Source: Glycera tridactyla (Eukaryota). From it: a stretch of 64,000 nucleotides of DNA. The stretch lies in contig OZ286459.1 of NCBI GenBank assembly GCA_965644265.1, positions 73,656,001 through 73,720,000 of the forward strand. The letters run 5' to 3'. Position numbers and translations under genes: made by a program. The number at the start of each line of letters is the position of its first letter. The first letter of the stretch is position 1. Shown one piece after another: positions 50,309 through 61,459 of the stretch. The notes beneath the pieces are model-generated. The model did not search any database, was not told the DNA's origin, and was given only the letters and a program-made list of their open reading frames with translations.

Positions 50309-51972
50309 TATTGATTGGATGGCAGCCATTCACGGAAAATTGTCATATAAGCATGGGTTGTCTTCTTACCAAAAGTGTGTTAGGATGTTGGACTCCGTCT
50401 GAGCTTGTTGGCCATTGCTTATGAAATATTCATCATATTCGTAGGAATATTGTATACAAGTTTTCCCATGAGTATTCTATCCCAGTAATTGGTGAATTTA
50501 TATTGCAAATAATTTTGCAAAGGGTGATATGGCTTCCATGGTTATACATGACAAGGAAAACAGAATATGCAATGCAGTATGTGTCCACAAAGAATTCCAT
50601 ACTCTAAGTAAAAATGAGAGTCGTAGTATTGTCGATGTTTGTGTCATTTATTATAAGAGACCAAATCATGAAATTATGAATTGGGTAATCAATACAATTG
50701 TGGTTGTGAACATTTTCATTTTGAAGAATTTGAACAGATTTTTGCTGTGAAATTGAGAAGAGAATCGTGTTTCTGTTCAAAGAGAACTGAATATTTAGTT
50801 TTGTTTTGGATAAAATTTTCTTTGAGGCCTCACTCAAGTAATATAGCACCCACACTCTTGGAATTTGGTGTGCACATGCATCAGTAGATGGACAATAATT
50901 AGGGTGCATTATTCTCCAGCTTCCATCCCATATGATTGGGTAATTTTGAGGGAGAAGAAGCTTTTTTGTCCCACCTGCTTTAGCAGTGCTGGGACAAAGG
51001 TGTTACCTTTCGGTCGGCGTTGGTGTCATCTGCATTGTCAACATTGGTTAAAGTCTTGGTTAAGATTTTGGTTAGGTTACTTTTCATATTCCATCAATTA
51101 TAATTGGATGATTTTGAGGGAAAAGAAGACTTATTTATTGGTGAGTTTGAAATTTTTTTTAGAAGGCCAGGCCCAATAGGTGCCTGAATTGTGTGTGCAC
51201 GCATGCATGCATGTGTGAAGGAGGGTAGGGCAGTGTGCATCGGGTGGGCATTGGTATGGGTGTGGGCCCAGGCATGAGGGTGTGTGTGTGTGTGTATGGG
51301 GTGGGGTGGGGTGGGGGTTGGATAGGGGAGGTGGGTGGAGGTGAAATTTGATCAGATTCCTGCCTTTAACAGAGGCAAGACATAGGCATGCCATATTGTG
51401 TTGTTTCCATCATTCTCATCATCGAGCTTGAATAGCATTTAGCTCCTGCAGGCGGGACATATCACTCCTTGGAGCAGCTTGTTTCATGGATGGTTTCGTT
51501 TTGGTGGAGAAATAGAGTAGAACAGGCAAATTCTTAACATATTTTTCCGGATCCTGACCTTGTACTTTTCTAGAAACTGTCTGGTGCTTTAGAGAAAGTA
51601 TACAGGAATGCCAAATATCTGAGTGTCCCTTTTGCCACATGTCCATCCTGTTTCCAGATTACATGGATTTTACACAGAAACTGAGGTGTCAATTGTCATG
51701 GTCAAGTCAAGTTCATAGCAATATTTGAATGTGGACCCAGTGGTCATGATATGAATGAATTGATGACATGCTTCACGTGGCATAATTTGTATCTCTCATA
51801 TGTCAAAGACATGTAACCTTCACCCTATCAGGATACTGTTGATGAATTCAGGATAACCTTCTTGTTTGGTATGCCCAATCTACCTGTGACATCTCAGTGA
51901 TGTGGAGGACAATATCTTGTAGTTGAGGGTAATGGTTATGAAGACATGGAGTCATTGCATCCATAGCACGTA

Positions 51973-52460
51973 CCGTATATATCTCGCATATGAGCGCATT
52001 TTTTGAGACCAAAATGTTCGTCCAAAAGAAGGGGGTGGGCTTATTTGTGAGACTGACTTTCACTGGTTGGAGACATGCTGATCTCTCTCAAAACGCCTAT
52101 ACTGTGTCAATTAATAGTAAGGTACTGAATGCAAGAAGATCGACTCTGATTGTTGTTTGATGATCATCTTTAAGAAAATCCTAACAAATTTGCCATAAAC
52201 GTGATGAAAACTCAGCTGATGTAATCGTCCGATAGTGTTCCGCCATTTTGAACATTATCAGTTCACATGACCAACATTGAGAAAAAAGCCAATTTGTATA
52301 GTTTTTATTCGCAGGTATCTTGTATAAGGGGATGCCAGTCTCATGACAAGACACAACAATATCGCCCCAATTGCTATTGGGGAAGACAGCCTTTCGTTTT
52401 TATCGTGGAATAAATGCTTGATCGGCTTTGCCACATGTTTTTCATGGTGGAGATCACTTC
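51973..52460 (+). mobile_element. Truncated CCGTA-ended element sharing its interior with 62667-63462
   Basis: Left end TA-CCGTATATATCTCGCATAT. Collinear shared blocks GCCATAAACGTGATGAAAAC, CCGCCATTTTGAA, AGACACAACAAT, GCCTTTCGT and CACTTCATCA. Confidence 0.7.
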
Positions 52461-53105
52461 ATCAGCAGCTTTTTGCCTCCAATTTGTTCCAAATATTATT
52501 TCATGGGTATTCCAGGTGATTAAAAATTATACAAGTTGCAGCAGTTCATACCTGCTTCCACCCCTTAACAATTTGACACAATTGTCTGTGAGTTCATCCA
52601 AAGTTCATTTGTTATTTTGTTCAAGGATAATCAGAACATTTTATTTCATAAAATGGCCCCGAGATAGATCGAAAAAAGACAAGCATACCCTGAGAGAGAT
52701 CATTCTTAACTATCCCCTCCTTGATCTTTCGAATCAATGGATTCTCTATGATTAGTTACTGTACACTGTAATGGATAACCCCTGATCAGTATTTTTTAAT
52801 TTCATTCTGTAATGTACATATAGACTCACAACTTCTTGGATTTGTCTGATCTTGACTCTTTTAAGAGTTTTTGCTTACTTTGAAGTTGTTGATTGTGAAG
52901 TGAGTGTGCATGCGATTTGTTTTTCTTCATAACCCTATTCCTGTGAAGAATACATTGAGCAGCTTTGTCAGTAGGGATGATAGAAATAATTGAGCAATAT
53001 ACCATACATTTTGGCCAGCAAATCATAGTACAGATACTGCATCACATTGTCCAGTGGTCACCAATTCTCAGCAATATCTATTACAGTTAATTCGAGTGGG
53101 AGATA

Positions 53106-53246
53106 CAGTGAAACCTGTATTCGGAGACCCCTCTTTTGGGAGACCACCCTCTGATGGGAGACCGCTCTTTGTCGGCTCTTCTTTATTTGATATAGTCAAA
53201 TATACCTCCAATGAGAGACCACCTTTCTTGAGAGACCACTTTTACT
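53106..53246 (+). mobile_element. TA-MITE family B, 3'-truncated
   Basis: Left TIR and body match 14560-14737. Right TIR missing. Confidence 0.85.
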
Positions 53247-55414
53247 TTGGTACCCTTATGAGTCTTAACTGTGACAGAGAATGTTATCTCAGATGAGTGA
53301 CTTTAATCTATGACCACCTGGTGAGGAAGTCCCCACCCCTCGTAAAAATGTACTTCGGTCATTCACCTCTCCCTCTCATCTAACTGGAAGTTGTGGTAAT
53401 CAAAGGCCCATATCTGATTTCACTCTCACAAGCTGACCACTGATCTGAGATGTGAGGTAATAACAACATACCAACATCACAGGGGGTTATGTTTGGAGGA
53501 GGGACAGGGGAGGGTTGAACTACTATCACCCTGCATATAATTACTCAGAGCAGATACCCAGAAAGATAGCTAATTTAAAACCAGAAATTTCCAAGTTCAT
53601 TCTTGTGCAATTACTCCCATATTCTGCAGATTGATAGCTGGTCTTCCTATTGATATGCATGGAAGCTGTGAAGAGCCCATGAAGAATGGATCAACATGAA
53701 AAATGAGATATAAAGTGTGATCCCTATTGGTTACCATTGGTAGTGAAGAGGCCTTGTCGCCGGAACTAGAATTATCAGGCTGTCTGCGCATGCCTGGACC
53801 CCCACTGAGGCCAGAATCCGAGTAGTGAGAAACGCCCGTATTAAATGAAACTTTTCTATGATCATTCTACACCAATACATAATTGTCATCATTCTGGGAG
53901 AGGTATAGATCGTCAGTAATAGTGCCTATAGGTGGGACAATTATGGGTCGTAACTGTGGAGAAGTAGGTGTGTTATGGCGGAATCTAGTGGTAGGCATTA
54001 TGTATGGGCAGTGGCCAGGAAGTCCTCCATTAACAGCAATGGTCTGGCATAACATGCTAGTGCACTCTTTCTCATAGCCATTATTTTAGACCTAATTGCA
54101 TGTCATGTCCTTATATGACTATTGACCTTGTCATGAGAGGTATAAGAATAGATCTGCATATCATGTGGCAGTAAAGTAAAAGATTAGTTGTTCTTGTACC
54201 ATAGGCACCCTACATTGTAATAACATACCTTAAAAGGTTTACTCATAAACTTTTTCTCAAGCCCAAAAGCATTGCATATCCCTCAGCTGAGTAGGCTGAA
54301 CTCAATGGAATTGTCATCAAAATCTACAGCCTGTTTGAGTGTAGGATACCTGCAAGTACAATAATGGGTCCAGTACTAACTGCTTTGTTGATCTTGGGTG
54401 CCCATTTCGGTTGTAAAGTGTTGTGTACCAATGCCCGTCAGTAACACATCAATGTGATCGCATATTTCTTGCACCCATCATCAAGTTATGTCAGTTGTCT
54501 CATGACTAATAGATTGATTGTTAGTCCATTGGCATTCATTGGTTGAAGAGTTCATACATACAATATGTATGGTCAATATCCTCGGCTGTTCCACACTTCA
54601 TTAGCATAATGAGTTGACTAGAAGTGGGGCTAATCTAATCACTGCATTTGACACCCTGGATGTACCACAACATGCATTTTCTCTAGTCGAGGAGGCATCT
54701 TTGTATATTCTGCTTGATGAGTGGGTGCTGTTGGCTGACATGCATTATCAAATCTACCCACTAAATCAATTAGTCAACATGTCTATGCTTGTTTACTTCC
54801 TTATACATACAAACTCCATGTACTTGATGAACTGAATATTTTATGAGCTTTATTCAACAAACTTGTAGAGAAACATGAGAATTATCCCTAGCATTTTAGG
54901 TCATTGATGATTTGATGCTACACCAATGAATGTGTTGTGTCATCATGAGCATCAGAGAAGAATATTGATAATATCATAGTAATTAGCAACATCGAAATCA
55001 ATGTATGTATTCAACAGCAAGTCAACCTTATATACAATCATATCTGTATGTGAAACTGTCAGTGCCAGAAGCTTCAGTTGAAATGTTGCTGTCTTGAGAA
55101 CTATGCGCTGAATAATTGTATCTGAGCTGAGGGAGCTCTCCAACAAGATGTATTACTGCATCACCACCAGGACCAGCTCAGTACCAGCTCAGATATGCGT
55201 CAGCAGTTACCAGTACCAAAACTGACACCAGCAGTAACAGGAGTACAGTAGTAGGTAATAACAGTGCACACACTCAAAACTCTTTGGAATTTGGTCATCA
55301 AGACAAGTGCTTGCTAGTCACAAGTTCATTTGCAATTCAATGATCGTGAAACGTTCTTGAGAACAGTTTGGTTTGGATCAGGTAATTGCTCATCACAGGC
55401 ATGGTCCTCACTAA

Positions 55415-55638
55415 TTGTAGCAGTAATAGTTAGTAATAGTAGTAGTACAGTAAAACCTGTCTTGGGAGACCGCCCCAAACGCCAACGAAAAGTGGTCTCT
55501 CAAGACATGTGGTCTCTCATTGGAGGTATATTCGACTATGTCAAATGAAGAAGAGCCAATAAAGAGCGGTCTCCCATTAGAGGGTGGTCTCCCAAAAAAG
55601 GGGTCTCCCAAGACAGGTTTCACTAGTAGTAGTAGTAA

Positions 55639-55680
<42 letters not shown>

Positions 55681-55775
55681 CAGTAGAAGTAGCAGTAGTA
55701 CTAGAGGTTGTGGTAGACATACAATAGTTGTGGTAGAGGTAGAAGTGGCGGTAGTAGTAGTAGTAGCAGTACATG
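55415..55775. repeat. (GTA)n trinucleotide tract containing a family B MITE (55448-55624, minus)
   Basis: GTA/GCA/GTG runs on both sides of CAGTAAAACCTGTCTTGGGAGAC ... GTCTCCCAAGACAGGTTTCACT. Confidence 0.9.
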
Positions 55776-56309
55776 TAATGGCGACTGACTGTGACAGTAA
55801 TTGTAGCAGCAACAGAGCGGTGGGGCAGAAATACATGTGATGTACAGCAGTGAAGCTATTACTGAAAATATGGAGCATCACTGGTCTTCCATATTCAACT
55901 AATATAACTAATTACTGATCATCAGATAACACTTGATTTCAGCTAATTCTGGTGATTGTTCATCAAGCACATTTTAACCATGGTCGGTTTCGGTGAATGA
56001 GACAATTAGTCACACAAGTGCAACTCTACTCAGCAGAAAAATGACCTCTCCCCATTCATATGGGAACATCATCCATTCATCAGGTTGTTGAGTGCTCCCC
56101 AGATTGATTGAGTATTTACATGGTTGGTTTTGATTCATTACTATGTTTGGCTTTGTTCTGTTGACTTGCATACAAAGAGATGGTGGATCGAAGGTATTGC
56201 CAGTGGTGGCACTAGCAGACGGAAGTCAACTTCCTGAGTAACCTTTTTGTACACAGTTGTTCATCACCATTCATCAGCAACTAAAGTTTCCAACTTGCAC
56301 AGTCTATTA

Positions 56310-56470
56310 CAGTGAAACCTGTCTTGGGAGACCCCTCTTTTGGGAGACCACCCTCTAATGGGAGACCGCTCTTTATCGGCTCTTCTCTATTTGGCATAGT
56401 CAAATATACCTCCAATGAGAGACCACTTTTCTTTGGCGTTTGGGGCGGTCTCCCAAGACAGGTTTTACTG
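56310..56470 (+). mobile_element. TA-MITE family B (161 bp, internal deletion)
   Basis: Both TIRs and the TA TSD are intact. About 17 bp shorter than the 178-bp copies. Confidence 0.92.
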
Positions 56471-56672
56471 TATACTTATATGGTGTTTGGCACATACTGC
56501 ATTTGATTTGATTACATCTATGCTGAGGTGAATGCTCAAGTACATCATTTCAAAATGTTTCGTACTTTTCCTGGGTCACTCCCTCTCTCCATGTGAGATA
56601 TCTCACATGTTACATGATTCAATGGTATTTGCCGCCCTTTTGGCTCTGTCGGTGTTGATGATATTGAGCTAC

Positions 56673-56757
56673 TATTCAACTCGGTGGTTACGTCATACAG
56701 ATTTCACTTGGCCTCTGGCCTCAGGAAATCTCTATGACGTAACCACCTCATTGAATA
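56673..56757. other. Near-perfect stem-loop (pre-miRNA-shaped or micro-MITE)
   Basis: 56683-56705 pairs with 56725-56747 (22/23) around a 19-nt loop. After a 3x3 internal loop, TATTCAA/TTGAATA pair. Confidence 0.6.
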
Positions 56758-57150
56758 TTGTGGTTAGATGCCGAAACCATGGATTCTTGCTATAAGATTC
56801 TTTGCTAATATACAATGCTTCTGTTGTCATCACATGTGTTATGTAAATTGTCGGTAATCTATGACTTCTCAGAAGTCCTTTGCAGTATAACTGTTGTTGA
56901 TATCATCTACTCATTAGTTTTCTCCACAAAAACACACACACCCCATTTCTTTCCCACTGCAATAACACCCACTCACATGCTTGCATACACAAACATGCAT
57001 TGGCCCTATTGCATACATCCATAGTGTCAAAGAGGTGGTAGGGGGTATTTTCAATCATGTCTGTGACAAGCCTTTGGTTTGGTTTTGATAACCGGCAAGA
57101 CCACCTGTGACAGGAGATTGCCTCTGCAGTATTGCTCTCTTACTTGGGAT

Positions 57151-57280
57151 GTAGAGGTGCGTCTGAACTGTCAGCTACTTCCACTTGAACATCTAGCTTT
57201 CATTAACCAGGAACACACGGCATACATAACCCATAGGTTGATACATGCCGTTAAACCTCAAAGAAAGAAAGAAAGAAAGA
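57151..57280 (+). mobile_element. SINE-like family 1 copy with internal deletion and (AAAG)n tail
   Basis: Body jumps from CCACTTGA to ACATCTAG. Ends GCCGTTAAACCTC(AAAG)n. Confidence 0.75.
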
Positions 57281-58431
57281 AGTAGACAAGTTCGCAGATT
57301 CAAGCTGCTCTCATAGCATGAAAAAAATGAAGTTAATGGTCAGACATACATATATTTTGTCTGGTTTTAAGATTGATGCTTGTCTCGGGATTTTGTGGTG
57401 AATATTGGTGATTTCACTTGGCAGACATCAGTTTGCCTAGACCGGCTACCAACTTCACGAGAACTAACATGAGAACATACAGTAGGTCCATACCTCAGAA
57501 AGGCTACCTTGATCCTGGTCAATGATACCTGAATGACTAGATAACAGTTCTTGTTTCATATGATGAAATATGTTCCATGGTCTAGGACTACTAACATCTC
57601 ATCATCATGAACCATTATAAGGCAGATTTGTGAAATTAGTTTCTCCACTTTTTCTATTGATGTAGTTTATCAGCTATCCTCAAATTGCTGAACTGACTAT
57701 TCACGGCAAAATTGTTGGGTTAACTTGATAGTGGACCAATAATCCAGCTTGTGCACTCCTGGATTGAAGCACCATATATCATTCAGCATTTTTAATAGAG
57801 GATATTGTTCCACCTTTTGAACCTCGCAGAATCCTACTGCTTTCCTTATGGGTTGTGCGGCTTCATTCTTTAGCAACAGATCTATGCTATACCCCCTGGT
57901 ACCTGTCTGTGAAGATGTATAATAGATGGTCTCTTAGCGACAATCACCAAGATGAAAATTGTTCTCATGGTGGTCAATGTAACACACAGAATAGAGACTT
58001 GTTGTAGGTGATCTATTGAGTCAAGACACCAGTGGTAGGTAGCTGCCATATTAATATGATGGATGATTGGCTCAACCTAATTAACTCTCACTGATTCAAA
58101 TTACTTGCAAGGTATATTCTAACTAGTATAATATGAGAGGCTGGGTTAGCCTGACTTTGTGCCCCATGCTCAAAGGCACATGAAGTTGTGAAAAGGCACA
58201 TGTACATTGTGCCAAAATGTCAAATGTAATTTGTCATACTTTGAAAAGATCATATGGTTTGGGGCACATGAAATGAGAAATGGCAGTGGAAACTGCATCA
58301 AGTGGAAAATGTTTGGATCGGATCTCAGGAGCTGACACAAAATATGTATACAAAATAGGTTTTGTATACATATAAGCTCCCAGCAGAACTGCTGGATCAC
58401 AAAAATTACCTGTGTCATCACAATTAAGGTA

Positions 58432-58521
58432 CCGTATATACTCGCATATAAGCCCGTTTTTTGACGACAAAAAATCGAAGGAAAAGCAGGGGGGCGGCTT
58501 ATACGCGAGTATGAAATTCGG
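58432..58521 (+). mobile_element. 90-bp CCGTA-ended TA-MITE
   Basis: TA-CCGTATATACTCGCATATAAGCC ... GGCTTATACGCGAGTATGAAATTCGG-TA. A matching orphan right end lies at ~41340-41363. Confidence 0.75.
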
Positions 58522-59139
58522 TACGTAAGTGGTCAATACTCCCTAAAACATGGTTAACTTTCCCACATTCTTTTTCTTGAGAAAATGTGGTTGTGCTTTC
58601 ACCAATCGTATATCTTCAGGGCCCTACATTTGGTAGGATTTTAACAAGCCAGATTGATCCCTGTCGAACAAATCTCAGGAGCATAGTCTAAATTTTGGTA
58701 GCCTGGTGAGTTCATTAAACATTGGTAAGATTTCCATAGTCAGCTTACTCCTATCTTCGAATTTTTGGTAGGTGAGGTTGAAATTTGGTAGCGTCTTTCT
58801 ATGCACAGGTAGCAATAAAGAGCACTATCAGTCTCATGGATTGTAATTAATCCAGTTCGTATGATTGTGTAGCTGGTGATTGCTGGTTCAATTAATCACA
58901 TCGATATCCGTCAGCAGGAACAATAATGAACTCTTATAATGAAACTTGTCACAGATCTACTCAGAAGGTAATTTGTGCATTCTAATGGTGTATTGTGATG
59001 CATAGTTTCACTCTAATCACCCCCCCCCCCCCAACACGTTGAAATTTCCCAAACAGCTGGATGGTCAACTGCATGGGTGTCTGGGTGGGGAGTGGTGTGC
59101 TCCTGGCTGGGATGTGTGGTTGCTTTTTTGTAGTCTGCA

Positions 59140-59240
59140 TAGCTCAGTAAAAAAAAACCAGCTTGCTCCTTCACAGGTTAGTGCCACACTGGAGATTAGG
59201 TTCAAATCCACAATAAATCAGATGATTTCTGAAAATGTAA
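59140..59240 (+). mobile_element. tRNA-derived SINE-like family 2 fragment
   Basis: B box GGTTCAAATCC at 59199-59209. No cloverleaf. Confidence 0.55.
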
Positions 59241-59601
59241 TGTGTACATCCCAATGCTGAACTGTGAAACATAGTTTCACTCTCACAGATCTTGTAAGTG
59301 AAATCTACATCTATATCCCATTCTCAGACCATCAGAATTTGCTTTTGGGCAAAAAGAGGATATTGGCAGGCCTGGAAATGCCGCTGTACATCGGGCACAA
59401 GATGTTGTTTTCCGGCCCATGTTGGGATAGTATTGGGAATGAGGTATGCACGAACACAACTCCTGTCAGTCTGCCTCTTAAGTTGATAGATTGCCATCTG
59501 CCAACCATCTGATGTCCTCAGAGTTGATGACTATATCCTTGCATGCACATCGTGAATGATTCCCACCTATCAAAATAGCTTGTGTAATCATGACTGCTGC
59601 T

Positions 59602-59603
<2 letters not shown>

Positions 59604-59678
<75 letters not shown>

Positions 59679-59682
59679 GTAT
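59604..59682. repeat. (GT)n microsatellite
   Basis: About 36 units. Confidence 0.97.
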
Positions 59683-59684
59683 GT

Positions 59685-60535
59685 GGGGTGCCTTGGTGGG
59701 GTAAGCAATAAGGAGCACTGGCAGTGTGTTGCTGGTGATGGGGGCCTTACTCAGAGGTTGTGGGTTCAAACCCCGTATGAAACCCAAAAGGCCTTGGGCA
59801 TTTGACACATTTCATGGACCTGTTGCCGTACATCATGTCACTNNNNNNNNNNNNNNNNNNNNNNNNNNNNNNNNNNNNNNNNNNNNNNNNNNNNNNNNNN
59901 NNNNNNNNNNNNNNNNNNNNNNNNNNNNNNNNNNNNNNNNNNNNNNNNNNNNNNNNNNNNNNNNNNNNNNNNNNNNNNNNNNNNNGATGTCCCGGTGGCA
60001 CAGCTCTTAGGAACACTGACAGTGTGTTGCTGGCAGTGGGTGCCTCACCCAGAGGTCATTGATTAAAACACCAGTATTGGCTCGGGGGTGTGACTTAAGT
60101 GAGACATTTGTCTCAGCACTATTCGAAATGTGAAACAAATGTCTCACAATCTCCCCCGATATCCGACACTGAAAACCCCATATGAAATTCAAAAATTTTG
60201 CTTGGGCATTTGACAAATTTCATGGACGTGCTGCTGGTGCATTATCAATTTAAAAATTTGCAAACAGCTAGTGTCTAGTATCATGATTCCATGACTGCTG
60301 GGAAGGAGGGGGGGGGGGGGGGGGTGATGCATAATCAGTACTAGCCTCATTGATGCTCATTGATCTTCCCTTTTCATGCAATGACTCCATGGCACAGTGG
60401 TTAGGAGTGCTGGCAGTGGCTGCCTCACTCAGAGGTTGTAGGTTCACCTTAATAACCCCCATATGAACCAAAAAATCGGGCTTGGGAATTTGACAAATTC
60501 ATCGACCTATTGCCTGTGCATCATGTCACTGACAC
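59685..60535 (+). mobile_element. Cluster of three tRNA-headed SINE-like family 3 copies (~59685-59842, 59986-60240, 60386-60535)
   Basis: A-box-like TGGCACAGTGG (60390-60400) and B box GGTTCAAAC (59763-59771). Shared body CCCC.TATGAA..TTGGG.ATTTGACA..TTCAT.GAC. Confidence 0.6.
59843..59985. other. Assembly gap (143 N)
   Basis: Run of N. Confidence 1.
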
Positions 60536-60953
60536 AAACTCAATAGAAAAAGCGTGTTGTGGGAAGGGGGAGCTATCGCTACATATTTGCGATGACATGA
60601 TCTCAAACTTGATACTTGAGACCCTTTTAATGGAGTGCTCCCCGCATCTATGGAATGACATTTCGGACATACAAGTCTGGATTAGTATAATGATGTTCTA
60701 CGAAGGTCAGGTTCTACCTCGCTATAGTACATCCTTTCATCCCATCATCCCATTAGCCCATTTTTGGGGAACAAATGACCTCAGCATATCATCCATACAT
60801 ATGGCTCCTGGGTAGAAATCACATCCATGGTTAAATGAAAGAACTGGTATCAGCAACCACCCATTTTATTATCTTCTGTTGACTGACTCCTACTCATGAA
60901 GAGCCAGTTGTGTTCACATTTCAAGAAAATGGGAATTAGTGCTATTGCAAATA

Positions 60954-61113
60954 CAGTCGAACCTGCTCTAAAGACCACCTCTCTATAAAGACCACCTGAG
61001 CTGTGACCGTGGTAGTATTTTCAACAGTAAATGACCTCTCTATAAAGACCACCTGCCCATAAAGACCCCTTTTTGATGCGACCGAAGGCGGTCTTTATAG
61101 ACAGGTTCGACTG
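60954..61113 (+). mobile_element. TA-MITE family A (160 bp)
   Basis: Perfect 12-bp TIR CAGTCGAACCTG, extending imperfectly to ~28 bp. TA TSD. Internal TAAAGACC repeats. Confidence 0.92.
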
Positions 61114-61459
61114 TATGTTGCTCTCGGTTCCAAGATGATCCATGATCGAAATATTTTCACTTACTCTCCATCATGTGACCAAGGCCACCTGAAGAGTGGT
61201 CAAAACATTGTGAAATTATCTTCAAATTCGTTCCAAAGTAAGTGAAAATACTTTGATCAACGAATTAGTACCCATCTGTATTTAATGATTTGATAAGATT
61301 TAAAGTTGAGTCTGTTGCACTTGTAGTTAATATTGAGAGTTCCCTAATGTCCTTATTCTATTAGTATGCAGAGTGGTGGCATTACAGCCAGTGTGTTAGG
61401 TCATAAGCTCCCCATTAGTGGCAAGTTAATGTAGTGTAATTGATGAAGTTGATGCCCTC

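Noticed and set aside
53597-54055. Two in-frame minus-strand ORFs separated by one stop
   Set aside because: No recognisable domain or good splice sites, so it cannot be distinguished from chance.
55411-55881. 156-aa Leu/Thr-rich ORF
   Set aside because: Translation of the (GTA)n tract and a family B MITE.
59140-59240. tRNA gene
   Set aside because: B box present but no cloverleaf, and diverged copies elsewhere indicate a SINE head.
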